A stretch of 32,000 bases of DNA, taken from Synechococcus sp. A15-28 (GTDB lineage: Bacteria > Cyanobacteriota > Cyanobacteriia > PCC-6307 > Cyanobiaceae). Both the position numbers and the translations under genes were made by a program. This document shows, piece by piece, positions 31,859 to 32,000 of the stretch. Location of the stretch: assembly GCF_014280175.1 (NCBI RefSeq), contig NZ_CP047931.1:930001-962000 (forward strand), read 5' to 3'. The notes below the pieces were generated by a model. That model did no database searches, was not told the origin of the DNA, and saw only the letters and a program-made list of their open reading frames with translations. The first letter of the stretch is position 1, and each line of letters opens with the position of its first letter.

Positions 31859-32000
31859 ATGGCCCATTTAAATGCTGGCGAACAAGCGATGTGTAAAGCG
31901 CAACTACTCCAATTGGCGCGTGAAATTGAAATAGAAACAAACATACGACGAATGGAAATTGCTAGAGAGCGTTTCTCTTCAAAGACTGATTCAGTTGTCG
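31859..32000 (+). CDS. Possible 5' part of an ORF running out of the window
   Basis: 'MAHLNAGEQAMCKAQLLQLAREIEIETNIRRMEIARERFSSKTDSVV' is open to the window end. Confidence 0.25.
   Translation, partial: MAHLNAGEQAMCKAQLLQLAREIEIETNIRRMEIARERFSSKTDSVV

Noticed and set aside
1-32000. Search for tRNA, rRNA, CRISPR arrays, transposases and integrases
   Set aside because: No T-loop-like GGTTCGAATCC-type motifs or cloverleaf candidates turned up in the non-coding gaps. There are no regularly spaced direct repeats. No ORF has DDE transposase or tyrosine/serine recombinase motifs. The 38-bp repeat occurs only twice, so it is not a CRISPR array.

Overview
All calls below come from reading the sequence and recalling family motifs. 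I ran no searches, so family assignments are hypotheses to confirm by HMM or BLAST.

The backbone is a high-GC cyanobacterial chromosome segment that looks like a marine Synechococcus. It carries the 3' part of dnaE, a PAM68-like gene, rpsO, ruvA, an EamA/DMT transporter, dnaG, an ACR3 arsenite exporter, umuDC behind a cyanobacterial-type LexA box, an RTX-repeat protein, rlmH and a lumenal-type pentapeptide protein. Two regions differ in composition from this backbone.

Region A (about 3.65-12.2 kb) is AT-rich. It is a strictly co-directional, largely translationally coupled array:
- an Mrp/Mnh-type cation:proton antiporter set with only one antiporter-like subunit (Mbh-like composition);
- a 6TM K+ channel gene abutting mrpB;
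- an orphan ComA-type phosphosulfolactate synthase;
- a family-3 periplasmic solute-binding protein next to a divergent DAACS (GltP-like) secondary transporter, with no ABC components;
- a lipoprotein gene.
I read this as a horizontally acquired ion, osmotic and sulfonate handling module. It is my best candidate for an undescribed system.

Region B (about 22.06 kb to the window end) starts exactly where a yraN-family gene is truncated. It is a mosaic island of small lipoprotein, secreted and membrane ORFs, and contains:
- a DUF1330 cassette bracketed by perfect 38-bp direct repeats;
- a 59-aa ORF ending in the CP12 C-terminal disulfide-loop motif;
- a PIN-PhoH (PhoH2) ATPase followed by a LOG/TIGR00730 nucleosidase-family gene;
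- a SmtA/BmtA-type metallothionein (56 aa) that the ORF track misses;
- a G15 homopolymer, a repeated hairpin element and an orphan terminator.

I saw no rRNA, tRNA, CRISPR array, transposase or integrase.
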